Assembly (NCBI RefSeq): GCF_964355755.1
Contig: NC_092675.1
Span: 18,696,912-18,760,911, forward strand
DNA from: Antedon mediterranea
Lineage: Eukaryota > Animalia > Echinodermata
DNA length: 64,000 nucleotides
Reading direction: 5' to 3'
Shown: piece after piece, positions 37,280-52,009 of the stretch
Layout: the number at the start of each line of letters is the position of its first letter
Position numbering within the stretch: the first letter of the stretch is position 1
Translations under genes and position numbers: made by a program
The notes under the pieces: model-generated
Told to the model about the DNA's origin: nothing
Database searches by the model: none
Seen by the model: only the letters and a program-made list of their open reading frames with translations

Positions 37280-39437
37280 TACACAATGCTTCACATCTAA
37301 CTATCATGGAAGACAACAATTGAGACATTAAAGTAGGCCTATACACTACCATCAATAGATAAATAAAAAATGTATCTGTCTAGATATTGAATTATATATT
37401 TTTAAATAATCAGGATACAATAAAACAGTGAAGACAAATAGTGTGTATACGCAGTTAAATTTATTAGCTTATGTGAACTTGCTTTTTCAAGTTAAAGAAT
37501 AACGTGTTTAAATTGATTTTACTTGGGGATCTATTTGTCATGTTAATACAGGATAATGGAAAAACGGCTTATGGATACCCGCGACCTTCAGTCGTGTCAT
37601 TAGAGTTCTACAAAAGTCTTGAAGAAATTCAGTAATATACTAATTAATCTGCAGTGTATGGTTGTACCACGCACCGGATTTAAATGCAGTTGTACTAATA
37701 GGAAATAATCTTCTTGTAATTAAAGGTTATGATACAAAGTAAAAGTAGAAAATAAATTTCCCAATCAGAGTTTGATCATTTTTTAATGCTCGGCAATTAT
37801 ATTAGGGACGAACGGGAATTGTAATAATAGTCAGTGTGCACGAGTATTGAGTTACAATCATAGTACCCTAAATGTTTTGATATATAGGAAACAACTAGAA
37901 CAAAAACTGAAATTTAAAATTCTAAAACAAGATATTACCATAACGTGTGTGTTACAGTATATGAGATTTCGAGGCATAACCTTGGATTTTTCAGTTTTTT
38001 AGAAAATACCGAGTGATGAACAATTATGTATTTTTTTATTTGAAAGACACAGATATCGACCTTTACGGAACGGGAATAGGGTAAACTGTTCTAGGCTATG
38101 TGGATATGAGTAGTTATTCATGAATATAAATAGTAAATGAATGAAAATGACTTGTCATCAATATAAGCACTCTGTACATGTTGTAAATATAACGTAGCAT
38201 GCATCTAATAGATGTGAAGAGGACAGAGAGAAGAAAAATCAATAGAGGCAGGTATCGTATCGAGTTAAGTAAATGCTTCAAAGACTGGTGCAATTATACT
38301 ACTATGTTTGATATTTCAGGTAAGCGAATACAAAGTCGATAAAGAAGAAGGAAAAATCAATGAAATAAACTATATGGTGTTGATTTAAACAGTAAACTGC
38401 TTTCAATATTTGATGTAAGCATAAGTTACAAACTGTTTAATGACACGATGTATATTTCAATAATCAAATCAATATTCACTGAATGAATTGTTTAAAAAAA
38501 GTTTAAATAATTGAAAACACGTGTAAACTGTGACAATCAAATGAGATGCTGTTTCCGTTGACACTGGGGTAGGCCTTAGTAGTAACCGTCCTGTATCGTC
38601 CAAAAAATAATAACTTAGGCCTATACCTCTCATAAATCTATCTAAAAAATCAGTTCAAAGAATAAGTTTATAAATGCACAAGTTAAATTAATTTTTCAGA
38701 AGCGAAACGGAATTCTTAATATCTTCTGATGATCAGAAAATGATTGAGATGTGCACTATAGACGTTCTACAGTGATAAAACACTTTGGTATAGTTCATTG
38801 CGTATTAAATACAGGGAGAATTACGTGGTTTCGTCACATGTTAATTAAATTTTATCAAAATCAATAGGGACGTTATAATATCTTCAGCTGACGTGACTTG
38901 ATTGAATTATGTAACATTAATAAAAAATCAAAATAAACTTAATACTTCGTTAAGACATCCTACGACGACTAAACTCACAGTTAGACGTTCTTCTTCTTCA
39001 AGGTCGGTAATATTTCGATAATCAATTCTAGAGACATCAACATTACAATTGTATATATATATTTTATTTTGTACAGTTTATCAACAACACAAACAGTCCA
39101 GGGACTGGATCAAACATAAGCCTATAAAACCAACATTCTGGTATCATGTACAGTCGGTTTCTCAATACTTATAGGGTGTCTAGAAAACACAGATCTAGAA
39201 AACTCAGATCTCAGATCTGAGTTTTCTAGATCTAGAAAAATCAGATATCTGAGTTTTCTAGATCTAGAAAACTCAGATATCTGAGTTTTCTAGATCTAGA
39301 AAACTCAGATATCAATTATCTGACTTTTCTAGTTCCAAAATGGAACTAGGAAACCCAGATCATCAAATGGATCGTTCCATTATTATTAGAGGGTAGCATA
39401 TTTGAAATACTACACAGTATTATACGTTTTCTTACTA

Positions 39438-39621
39438 AAGCGTGGTTCCCACTAGCGACGCAACGCAAGGACGTAACGCAACGCAAGTGAATTGACCAAT
39501 CACAAGCGATGGCTTATTCGCTTGTGATTGCTAACTGTCTTCTATAACTTCGCTTGTCATTGGTTAAAACGCTTGCGTTGCGTTTACGTCCTTGCGTTAC
39601 GTTCTAGTGGGAACCAAGCTT
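39438..39621. mobile_element. MITE family B copy nested in the foldback element
   Basis: TIR AAGCGTGGTTCCCACTAG / CTAGTGGGAACCAAGCTT, TA flanks, internal ACGCAA repeats. Confidence 0.85.
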
Positions 39622-39880
39622 TATAATAATAATTATTGTAACTTGTAGTAGCAGCCTACGACTTAAATCATAAAGAAATACAGTATACACCTTTTAAAAT
39701 GTAGTCTTAGCATGTAGGCCTAGCTAAGCAAACTTAATTCAAAGCTAACGTGTGGGCGCTATCGCGATGTATCGCGAAGAGTAGGCCTGGTCCTACAGTA
39801 CTAGACTAGAAGCGGTCAACTCGTACCCAAAATAACTCGTATCTATTCCCAACTTGGCTTACTCGTACATCAACCAACTG

Positions 39881-40970
39881 CAGGGCCGTAGCCAGGATCT
39901 GTCAAGGGGGGGGGGGGGGTTCGCACACTAAGTATTTGGGTCACCCCCACCCCCATACCTACCCCCCCCCCCCCTGGGGTGGGGCCTGAGGCGAAGCAAA
40001 TTTTGTTAAATGACACCCCTAGATGGCCGGAAAAGACACTCTCATGCAGCATGCTACCCATGAGCAAAACGATCGTACTTGGACTCGTTGACTATTTCAA
40101 CGATAACATTTGTTGCCGTATATGTTAGATGCGCGTGCTCTGTGCGGAACCGCCGATTGTTTGATCATTTACTCGATATTTTGTTTTGCGTTCAAGTTCA
40201 ATGCGAACGTACGTCTAGGAGAAGCCCCGAAAAAAGCACACTGGGTGAAGGCAAATGCAATTCTTATTATAGCTCTATCTATAATATTTATTTACAGCAA
40301 TGTGTTGAGGAAATTAAATATGCCAATGTAAATAGGTGATATTGATACATTTGAGTAGGCCTACGTATCGGCTGGTGGTCTAGAAAAAAATAATCGGATG
40401 CCATAATGTGAACTACAGTACATGATACCATAGATATTATAGTGTAAAATATTAATATTCACTATAATCCTCTATGATACATTATACTTCATAGCCACAC
40501 ATAAATACTGATGTATGTCGGAAGGCTATATACTTTATGCATGCTGCCTGACTGCCAGTGATCTAAACAATTGGTACGCAGTTGTCTGGCGGTGTCCTTT
40601 GTACGAATCGTTCGTCTCCCAGCTCGCTGTGAGACGCGTCAATATCACGTTACATGCAGGGACCAAACATTTATTTTTCAGGTTAAAATCCGCAATTCAT
40701 TTGCAACTCTTTACAGACTATATCGCTCGAAGTACGCTCATACAGGGAAGAAGGTACTGTATGAGTTATTCCGAACGAGTTTACGAATTTTTAAATTTAC
40801 GAACAGCTTTTTGTACTGTGGGGCACGTATTTGGACGATTTTCGGAGATGAGGGTGAGGTATTGGGCATGTCGGAGATGGGGGTTCGCAGTCGGTTAAGG
40901 GGAGTTCGCTGTAAAGGGGGGGGGGGGGGGTTCGCCCGAACCATAAAAACCCCCCCTGGCTACGGGCCTG
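39881..40970. mobile_element. hAT-like non-autonomous element with 5-bp TSD, nested
   Basis: TIR CAGGGCCGTAGCCAGG / CCTGGCTACGGGCCTG; AACTG at 39876-39880 and 40971-40975; poly-G/poly-C subterminal tracts. Confidence 0.8.
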
Positions 40971-42677
40971 AACTGGTACCCACACCAACTCGTACATGCC
41001 TCATTTTAAAGCCTACATTTTAACGGTAACATGCACTGTATTTTATTTATGATTTAAGCCATAGGCCGCTTCTACATGTTACATATTAGTAAGAAAACGT
41101 ACACAGTAATCAGTTTTAATAATACTCTAGTATTTCAAATGATCTACCTGCTGATTAATAATGGAACGATCCAAATGACCTACCAACCAATCAAATGATG
41201 ATCTGAGTTTTCTAGTTCCATTTTGGAACTAGAAAAATCAGATATTGATATCTGAGTTTTCTAGATCTAGAAAAGTCAGATATATCTGAGATCTGACTTT
41301 TCTAGATCTGAGTTTTCTAGACACCCATACTTATAGACTAACTTTAGGTTGTTTCTTCAGAAATTCCTATTTAGATCGTATTTAGAAGAAAATGTATAAA
41401 TGTATCTTGTAATATGAATCACCCAAGCCCTTGTAGACCTATTCTTGAATTATTACTCAGAAATCTTGTTCCATATGTGATAATCAACAAAATACAGCAT
41501 ATTTTGTAGGAAATGTCTATTAGTTCTGACATATCGAAAAGTATCTTCTTCAGCTCAGGTAGGAAAATACGGTGACAGTGTTCTAATACATCTGGTGCCA
41601 CCATTGAGATTCTTTTAGATTATGACTTATGACTGTTTAAAAATGGTAATAACAAACGACAGGATAACATTAAAATGTCAAACTCTGGAACACTCTCGGT
41701 CCAAATCGATGCAATAATGTATTCACGTTAGTTCAATAGTTTATTTAACCAACTGCATGCTGAAAAATGTTAGTAATTTAGAAAGAAGTTCACTAGGCAT
41801 GTTTTAATCTCGAATTGTTGATTTGCGCATGTGTATTCGCACTTCCTTCTGTTTGTAACGCACAACTGAATGTTTATTCATATACATTGAAAACAGTTCA
41901 AGTTCACAATTGAAACACGGGGTCAATTGAAATGTATTTATTACATTTATTATTTTGTGGAAACATGTTTATTACTATCACCATGTTTATTACGGATTAC
42001 TATAACTGACATTAACTTAAGTTCCAAACTAAACTCAGAATGTCTTGTGAGAGACATTTTTTTTAAAGTAACGTAATTTCAATTTCTCTTAAATTGTTCT
42101 GAGCCGCTTTTTAATATTTTATTAATTTTAGACAGATATTTACCAAATTCAAACCACTGAAAGAGAGAGCCTACAAAGGACCCCATTAAATTTTGGAGGC
42201 AATCCGGACCAGGATCCCAATTCTGGACCATTTTTAGGCTGCGGGATTATGGCCAAATTGTGACTGAATTGTCCTTACCAACTGAAAACTACGTTATAAA
42301 AATGCATTATAGACTCCCTGTTTATATAGCCTGTACACTTTAATTCGATATTTTAAGCGATATATATATTTAAAAACGGGGCTTAATGTTTGTTTGAGGT
42401 CGGCCATTGTAGGATGTAATCTCTTACCGATTGTATAGTTTCATCTCACCTACACTTTCTAATGTATTATTATAATAAATTTTTATGAATACTTTCCACG
42501 TTTGCTTATTCGCAGTGAATCGTCGTTATTTAGGTGCTAATTGTAATTGTGTCCTAAATAACATACTCTAACATTCGTGTAATTCAATTCCAGCGTTGCA
42601 GATATACTAAATGAAAATCATAATCATCATGGCCACGAACATTTTTTTAAGAAACACTAAATTCAAGGTTAATTTAA

Positions 42678-43211
42678 AGATGTATTGTCCCTTTGACTAA
42701 TTCCCAAAAAATAAAAAATAAAATATTTCGAAAAAAAGTGGGTCATTTTGAAGTATCATAATAGTTATTAACTTTCAACAAAAATTAGCTGAAAAAAAAT
42801 CATTTAACTGAAATACAGACGTTTTTTTGTTCAAAAAATAACTTTGACTTCCAGTCAAAGTTTTTGATCAAAACATATCTCATAATGCAACGTGCTTGTT
42901 TGGCTACTCTGTATGAATAATCATAAAACTTCCTCGCGATCTGTGTAAGAACACATTCTCAACGGTACCGTGACGAGTTGTAAACAATTCTAATTAGCAT
43001 CATGCATAATGCATACTCGTGGTTTGAAATCTTTGTTTACTTTCGCTCGCGACGATTTTCCAGACGAAATGTAATCAAATTAATTTACCTGTTAATTACG
43101 TAAACTTGTTGTTTTGGCTCGAATTTCGACTTAAAGAGAATAACTTTAATATTTCTTTGATATGGTCAATTTAGATTTAGAATATTTTGACTTTCAAGAG
43201 ACAATACATCT
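42678..43211. mobile_element. Kolobok-like MITE
   Basis: TTAA-AGATGTATTGTC...GACAATACATCT-TTAA (TTAA TSD, purine-purine terminus). Confidence 0.85.
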
Positions 43212-44897
43212 TTAAGCGAAAGCTGACTTTCTATTAGGTAACAATAACATTGAGTGGAGCAAGGCGAATATATTAAACTGCATAAATAAATATATGAATA
43301 CATTTATATTCTCTCTTGAGTAAGTTACGCTGAATATCAAGCAGAAGACAATAGATTTAAAAATAGAATAATTTGTGGTGCAAATTCCCATAGAAACAGT
43401 AACAATTCGTATTTGTTATATTAGTACGGCAATAAACTCGGTTTTAATGCGGTAAAACGCATCTAAACGTAGCTATAATGATGGTTTCAGTCATTTAAAG
43501 ATAGACACACAGTACGATAGCATTTATAAATAACACATACGAGACATGTTTTTCTAATGTTCAAACACATTAATTGAATAAATTGTATCTACGTAAAAAC
43601 GGTATTGAAGATTTACATTACGGTTTGCTTTGTTCATTTACCGATAATCGAATCCCCATAGAGGCAGAAAAATGTTAAGAAACAATTCGTTTTAAACCCT
43701 GTTATGAGTGCTAACTAAATGTCATACAGACAATCAGTAATGTTATCCCGTAGCAGTGCGGAGACGTGTCCCTGCAATTAAAACACTCTTTTGCCCTATA
43801 ATGATAAAATCAATACAGAAATATCGAGAAAAAAATTCAATCAGAATTCCCGCGTTTGTTTTAAAACCTTATTACTTAATTATTGATCCGTTCGAAGGAT
43901 CGGAACTGAAGACGGATGTCCTTTAGTAAATAATTGAAAATTGTAGACGGATTCGGAAGAAGTTTTCCGTTCCGTGAAATGGAACAAGTGTGAATGCAGC
44001 TTTAGTGGATAAATTTAATTCATACATGGTTCAATGAAGGGACATAACCCTTTAAATAATCTTAATCGATAATCTTTTATAACCCAATGGATAATGACTT
44101 TCCGGCTTCTCTCATTAGGCTTTTACTGTAGGTATTATACTTTAATGTTTCTCATGAGAATAATTTCGGACTCTTTATACTCATCTCCTCTTTTTCCATC
44201 TATTATAAGCAATTACATAACTGTACTTTACAATATCTTTATTTTTAGATTCCGTTTGTAACAATCTACTGCCGCCTTGAAACTATACTTCAAGCTAATT
44301 TTTAAAAAAAGCAATAGATCATTTTTGTACAGTAAAGTAGTATTATGTACGTCACAGCAATTTGTTAGAGAAACTACAACCAGTGAGCTTGTGTTATTAA
44401 AATCCCAAAAATGTATAATAAGCTATTTTATTGTGATTATGCTATCTTTTTTATAGGATAGGATATATGCTATCCACCATGATAATTATCTAGTATTCTT
44501 ATACCACCATAAAAATATAATACGTGTCTACAAATTTACTAATAACAACGTTCAATAATTATATTGCTTATGGCACTGAACCTATTATGTTATGTTTGCC
44601 TGTTTTATTATACTGCTGTCAATAGTCAATGATAATAACGAAAGTTAAAGTTACATAAGCTTGATTAGAGTGTCTTATTTCATTTTTATATAAAAAGTAG
44701 ACAGTTGTTTAACAAACTGTGACTACTAAACATCAATTACGAAGTACAATAACAACATATTGATGTGATTGATGTTATTAAGTCACGATTGTTCCTAGCC
44801 TAGATATCTGTACGATTTATCCAAGGTTTAGTAATTATACAAAATTATCACTGACTGTTATTACATTTGTTATTTAGAACTCAGCAAAGCACCTTAC

Positions 44898-45310
44898 CTT
44901 TTAAACTCTCTGTCTTGTTAGGAACAGGTATAATCACATTTACAACTTGTTCCTGGTTCTGGCAAGTACCGCTGCCATGTGTGTATCGTCTGTAGCGTCA
45001 ACTGGTATAGCGATTTGTACTGTGTATTGTATTTAAAGCAACGCAGTAGACACGCAAGAAATCAATCAAGTGTGCGCGCATGCTCAGTTAAATTCAGTTC
45101 GATCACTCCAAAAAAAAAAGAAGCGTATCCAGGAAAGAATGAAATATACGGCTCTAAACGAATATCAATTTCGATCCATTATTGCTCATAGTTCTTTATT
45201 GCACTTGTGTTATAACAAACAGGAAGGTCGCTGGACAATAATATATCAAGTTCCAACTCAATTATCATAATAAACACTAATGTCCACCACGCATATGCGC
45301 GCATGCGCAA
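44898..45310 (-). promoter_or_regulatory. Candidate promoter and first non-coding exon
   Basis: Locally CpG-richer. NRF1-like GCGCATGC motifs at ~45075 and 45298-45309 (GCGCGCATGCGCA). Minus-strand donor AAG|GTAAGG at 44898/44897. Confidence 0.35.
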
Positions 45311-48302
45311 TGTATTCAATTAGTAAACATGAATATTTTCAGACAATAAACTCATAAGCATAAATCATATAGATTATAAGTGATGACAGATCCAATTAAT
45401 AAGTTATGTTATGCTGCATAGGTTAGAAGCATCAACAATCAACGACATAAACAGAAATGGTATTTAGATGTAGTTTAGATGTTTAGAAAAAAGGACTATC
45501 GACTCGATAGTACATTGCTGAGAATTCAAATAAACATCACCATACGATCTATGCATGTACCGCACATTCAAGGAAAGTATAATCCTTTTTTAGGCCCACA
45601 AAATGCATAGGCATAAAGTAAATTGATAATTTGAGGCCTAATAGAAATTAAATAAATTGTATATGTATCCAGGTAGAGGAAGGAAGAGAAAAATGCTACT
45701 GGATAGACTTAAAATGGAAATAAATATTACCAACTAAGGAGTAAAGCATTAAATAGAGAAGAGTGGAAGAAAATAACAGTCATGGGCATGCCAATTGGCA
45801 GATGACCAGGTAGACAAGGTAGGTATGTATCACAAAGAAGCGAATATAAGTTTACCGACATATAGTAAATAATGAATATCCCCTTGTGCATCTGTAAACC
45901 TTGGTACTTGATCAATTCAATGTACTGGTCCAGATGATCATGTGCTGTTTACTACTGTACTGTAATGAATCAATCGATGTAAAAGGACCTCTAACAAAAA
46001 AAATTAAAACTAAAAAATTAACTACGATATTATTACGTGAAGTAAACATTTATTGCATATATTATGTCATTCTCTACGTGATACGGTATCAGTTTAGTTA
46101 ATTCCTTATAAATTATTTACAAATGTAAGAATTCATTTCCCATTTACTAAAATTTAGCAGCAGTAACCTAATTATTTCACGTGTATATTTTCACTTCAAT
46201 TATTAAATGTTACAACATTAGGTTAATTTCACATTCTGTTTTATGTTTGGCCATTTCTTAGTGAGACCTATTGACATGTTAGTATGTTTGTTTGAAAGTA
46301 CAACACTACAATATTCATGCTAATTGTGGCATAAGTCCTGTCATAAGAAAATCCTATAAAACATTCTAATGTTTGAAAACCAACCAATTGCAACTATGTT
46401 TAATACTATACCTTAATTATTATTTAGTATTTTACATTTAAAATACTAGATTAATCTAGAACCTTAAATTTTTTAAATCAGAAAAGTTGAAATTGCGCAT
46501 TTTCCTCCTGGTCTGCCAATGTTCTACGTTTTGCCATCTCTCGTGATACTCGCGAAGTTGATTGTCAATAAATTACATTACTTGAATCAAACTAAAATAT
46601 TTTTTGTTCTCAAATAAGCTTTCAAATAGCGCCATCAACTTAGTATTCGACGACTGTTGTAATGGACTTTTTCCAGTTGTCTAAGCCATGGCTTTCGAAA
46701 AGTCTTATAGATTAGACAAGCTTACACCAAGACAAAAGTATTTAAATTGTAATCCGTCCAAGTACAATATTACAGTATTTCCGATAAAGCATTGTCTTAT
46801 ATATAAATTAAAAGGCAAACTACATACTGTATTTTATAATGTGTTTATGTAAACGCTTTAGTTTGTATCAGGTGGTTATATATACTAGTCTAATACATTC
46901 AATAACACGCATACGTGCGTGTTTCCAATTTCTCATATTGACAAAGGCAAAAATTAGTTCTTAAGTTCTGGTAATGTTAAACAAACGTGTACATGTTGAA
47001 CTTTACAATTCATCAAATATGATTAACACTAATAATTAAAATGCTTTTGCATACAATAGTGATATAGAAACTGCCATAATGTATAGTATGAGTTTATATT
47101 GAGTCGGCTTAAAATCCTACATTTTTAATTGTCGTTTGTCGTGTTTTGTTGTTTCAAGAAAAAAATAAAGAAAGATAAGTATTTATAGGAATGGTAAAAA
47201 AATTCTAACAATGGTTATGAAAACCATTTGGCTGACGAGACCATTATCAAACTTTGTAACAAACTTCATACACTTTTTTTAATTTAAGATAAAGCATTAT
47301 CATAACCATCATAATTAAGTACTCTTACAGTCCTGTTGCATTTGTTTTACAGTAGCATTTGTTAAAGAGCTGTTGCCACAGAGGAAATGAATATATTCTG
47401 AAACTAGAAGAAAATATAGATCTTCTACATATTTGATAACACAGGTTATTGCCTCCTTACTGATGTTAATACGTGATTCTATCCACTGGCCATAAAGCAA
47501 GCAATCAATGAAAAATATTATATATATATTTGAATGTTTAGATGCTTGACAATGTTGCCTGTGGGTTTGAATAAAATAGAGAATACATTTATTATATCAA
47601 CCTAAATCTCAACGTGTGTTCTTAAGGTGATGATGGGAATGGGAAATATATCTTGTGAAGAGTTGTTTAATTAATAAAGGAAGTTCTATAACATTTGCAT
47701 ATAACATTTAACGTACTTCTAATAAGCACTAATGTAAGGTGGTCTCGTCCAGTTCGTCAGTTATTGTGTATATTACTGCCAAATGTTCGTATACATGCAA
47801 CAACTGATTGTTGTCCAATTGTTACATGAATCTATTCTTTTATTTGTTTATAGTTCTCTGAAAAAAAAAACTCCATTGCATACCGTAATGTGTTTTAAAA
47901 CAATAAGTAAAATGGGTAGTAGAATTGTTTTAATTGATTACCGTATGAGTTATTCCCCTAAGGTACTTGAACCAAGTGTTATTGCTTATGTTTACGGCAC
48001 TAATGTATTATTCCTATTTATATAATTATTGGTTTCATGTGACGTTTTTTACTTTGATCAATCTAATACAGTGCATTTTTCTCGTTAATACATTGTCGCG
48101 GTGTTGTTACTACACGTGTATGCAGTTTATGGGCCATTGACTGGCTATACATCAAATGTATTCATACAATCGTAAAGTTCCATTAGAAGGAGTGCGTCAT
48201 ATTTATGAATTGTTACATTTTTCTTATTAATATTGTTTGATAAAAAAAATAATTACATTATATTAACGATGTTATTATGATGCTGTATTAATGGATTGGT
48301 AT

Positions 48303-48436
48303 TAAAGCTTGTTTCCACTAATGACGCAACGAAAGAACAACAAAATGACCAATGACAACGCGATGGCTCATCACCCAACGCGTCGTGGATTGGTTAAATT
48401 ACTTGCGTTGCGTCCTAGAGTGCAGGAACCAAGCTA
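48303..48436. mobile_element. Degenerate MITE family B copy
   Basis: TAAAGCTTGTTTCCACTAATGACGCAACG...TTGCGTTGCGTCC...GGAACCAAGCTA. Confidence 0.6.
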
Positions 48437-49394
48437 TGACACATCTAGTCCTGGCATTTAGCAAAAGGTTATAAAAACTCTAAAGATAACAAGTTCAATT
48501 GAAATTAGAATCAGAAACATCAATGTTTCTAAAACAATGGTATGTTAAAGTATGTTCTGATTTTAATCTTCGTGAATGTTCAACATTAATAACAACGTCA
48601 CTTTATGGTGATGTTCACAAATTGAACTCACCGTTATTGAGAGTCATCTGATAATACTGACGTCTTCAGATACTAAACTCCTGAACCGATTTTTTTCTGA
48701 TAACCGTCAGGTTAAAATATAAAGCACCAAATAAACCTATGAATTGCTCTCAGCGTTGGTCGCCACTGCAACATTCGTTGGATTTTCACAACAGTATATG
48801 GATGTTTACCTACAATAACCTGAGTAACATGTCAATGCTTTAAATGAGTTATTATTTTATAATATTTAACTAAAAAAACAAAAATACATTGATGCACAAA
48901 ACAGTAGCGGATCCTTCACATGCTTCCAACCTCACCCCCTCTCACACCAATTATAATCAGGTTATTCTACCAACAGCAAATTAGATTTTGATCATCTACA
49001 TGTATTAAGTTGAAAATGTTATTGATAATGTCTATTATTAAAATTAAGCTATTATTAATTCATTGATTTTTGTTTGATATATACCCGCCATTCGAAATAT
49101 CTCGATTGGGCCCCTAACGAAATATTTAGCTGCAATAATGGCCGTAGTAGTAGAATGAAAAAACCTACTGTCATGAATTTGTCTTAAAGTAAATAATATA
49201 ATCTGCATAGGATAATTGTGTTTATACATAGGCTACTTTGTGGTGAATTGTTTTAAAAGTAGAATGACAAAGACAAGTTTTCATTTCACTTCATTATTCA
49301 ACCTAAATGTACCGTAACAATCATTATTATTGACATTTTGATTGAATTAAATAATAATATTGCATATAACATAATGAAACCATTGGGTTTTATT

Positions 49395-49800
49395 TTATCT
49401 AACTAACATTCCAAATGTTAGACTTATAGACTTAGGATTAATGGATTTTAAAGCATTAGTCTTGTATACTTCCATCGCCAATCCAGATTGATTGAGGGCC
49501 GCATTTTCAATATCTCTTAGTGGATATCCAGCTGTATTTCGAAAGTATATGTTCGAAAATATTTCATTGTTACAGTTATGTAACACGTTGCGTGAAGAAA
49601 GGTATCCTTTCAGTTTCATGCACGTGTTTTTCTATGAATTTTGAATTTATGTTTTCCTGTTTTCACGTCCAGTTTATTTTTTAGAAAGATCTTCTCTTAT
49701 CCAACTCAATTCAAGGAGATGAAGATTAAGTGCCTTAATCGTTGCTCATGACATATATTTAATTCTTGGAACCCTACTCTGTAGTGAAATTTCTCTTGGA
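49395..49800 (-). pseudogene. Possible highly decayed Penelope-like RT fragment
   Basis: Broken minus-strand translation gives LDVK...FKIHRKNT and later GYP...IE, resembling the Penelope FLDV...VYRKPT...NGYP motifs. Confidence 0.3.
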
Positions 49801-52009
49801 TTGACATGATATTTTTGACATTATTAGATTAAATTTAGGTATAGATACACATTCTTACTTCTGAAACCTAATCAGAATTAGAATTCAGCTACTTATTTTA
49901 ATGACATAAGCCCTTTACAAACAAACATTAAATGAACATCAATATCACTATTTATAACTGTTTAATAAGAATATCTTCCTGAAAAAAAAGCATAAATATG
50001 ACAGATCTGTTTGAAATCTCGGAAAAGGTTAGGCCCACTGGAATTTTGACAACAATTTTAAACCAACAAAATTCGGCAGAGCATTATACAAGACAATATA
50101 AACCGCAATAAAGATTGAGCCAATAGTAGGCCTCTGTTGTTACGTCCACAAACGGTACTGTTGCTTGATTTTGTTCAATTCAATACATTAATGCAATTTT
50201 CAATCAAAGCCATAATTATATAGGTCTACTTAACATTATACCCTTTTAGATGGCTGTTAACCCGTCTGACAATCCATCCGGCAAGGCCGAACAGCTTACA
50301 GACTATCAAAACCACCATTTCACAGATTGTGTGATAAGTAAGCGCCACAAGAACACTATATAAAAGATTATAACGTCGATGAAAAGTAACTTAAGTAGAA
50401 GCTCACATCAAAATCAAACAATTTTCAAAAGTGATTTTTTATCGGTTAACCTTGAACTGGCGACATCAGGTGATCATTACTGTTAAAATGTTTTACGAAG
50501 TTTGATTTGATTTGCTCAGGCTTCCGTTAAAAACGATTCGAATTCACTTTCACAATACGTTGGTTCACTTCCAAAATATCCGAATCATAAATACCAAGGA
50601 AGAGGAAGAGTGAAATTTCCTCTATTATGCTCTTTCTCCCATGTGAAAGATATGTTGCCACGCACATTTTTATTATCGAAATCCAATGTTCCTCCTCCAA
50701 AAGTGAAATCATCTGGTTCATCCCTTCATTCGATTCTCAGGATCTATTGGAATAATACATTAACTAAATACCAAAACTCATGAGATGTTCAATTCAATTT
50801 ATTGTACATATAGGCCTACTAAAAAAATAAACAACAACAAAAAAGTATCATTGGTCGAGGGACTACACAGAGACTCAAACAAGTTAGTGAAAATTAAATA
50901 GAAGGAGATAAATAGAAGAACCGTCGCTGCCATTTGTATCGTCAGAAAATAACAAAAACATGACTAAACAAAAAAGAGTTCAAAATTCAAATGACTGGTT
51001 AACCAAAAAGCGAAATGAATCACTGTCAAGTGGCTCAACAAAATGAAAAATGAAAACATCATACAATTATAATTAAACTATATCTATTGAGATTGTTGGT
51101 TGTATGTATAACAAGAAGGCAAAACAACAGTTAAAATTGCAAAAACACACTCAATTGATTTTAACATTAATGTTATGCGCCACGTTAATTTATTGTAATT
51201 AACGTATCTTTCAAAGATTTATCATTTTGCATAAAGGCCTTTATTGTTGTAGTTATGTTTTCATAATTAATTTTACAATTTTCATCAAATGGAAATAATG
51301 ACTGTATGTAGAACTGAACAAGCAAGTACCAATATAATTAGTACATTTTGCATGTATTATAATATTATTTGATAATATGTATTATTTTACGTTGAAAACA
51401 TAAATTAAGTCTATCAATTCTCATAGAGGAAATGTTAGTTTGAAATTTATCCATTCAATCATATATTTCCTCAACCAAATTTAGAAAAAAAGTTGTATTC
51501 ATTTAATTGTCAATCGTTTTGGTAATACAATCGCAAGGCTCATTATTTTGTAAGATTAAATCAGAGTAGGTTACTGTTATCGAAGAGTAAGACTATTTAT
51601 TGTATTGACAGTATTAATTCATGAATGTTTCAATGGCGGTTTGATGTTTCCTTCTCTGACGGCCCATCAGATATCGTATCACTAGAAGATTCTGTTAATG
51701 TATACTAATCTCTTCGTATTTAAGCCTCTTAAGTACATTTAACCACAACAATTATGTGTTGTCTTAAACTCAAAGTATAAACATAGAAATCCATTCCATA
51801 GTCATTTGAGCGTTCGTTGAGAGAGTAGAAAGAAAGATTGATTTTTATTGATTATTTCCCAAAAATAATCATTGAAATCGTTGAAATAGGTCGAGTTTAT
51901 GAATTGCAAATATATAAAACCATTCTTTTTACAAATCATAAAATATGAAAAATAAAAAAATAGTAATTGTTTTAACAAGAATGAAAACTAAAAATGTAAC
52001 CAATAGTAA

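Larger units (their letters stand above)
39174..41326. mobile_element. Mutator-like foldback non-autonomous transposon carrying nested insertions
   Basis: ~200-bp repetitive TIRs GGGTGTCTAGAAAAC.CAGATCTAG... / ...GTTTTCTAGACACCC; exact 9-bp TSD ATACTTATA at 39165-39173 and 41327-41335. Confidence 0.9.

Noticed and set aside
38301-38328. TTTCAG|GTAAG recursive-splice-like site on the plus strand
   Set aside because: Weak pyrimidine tract and no plus-strand host gene identified
39870-41023. Cluster of overlapping ORFs of 65-150 aa
   Set aside because: They lie inside a GC-richer non-autonomous element and show no transposase or other recognisable motifs
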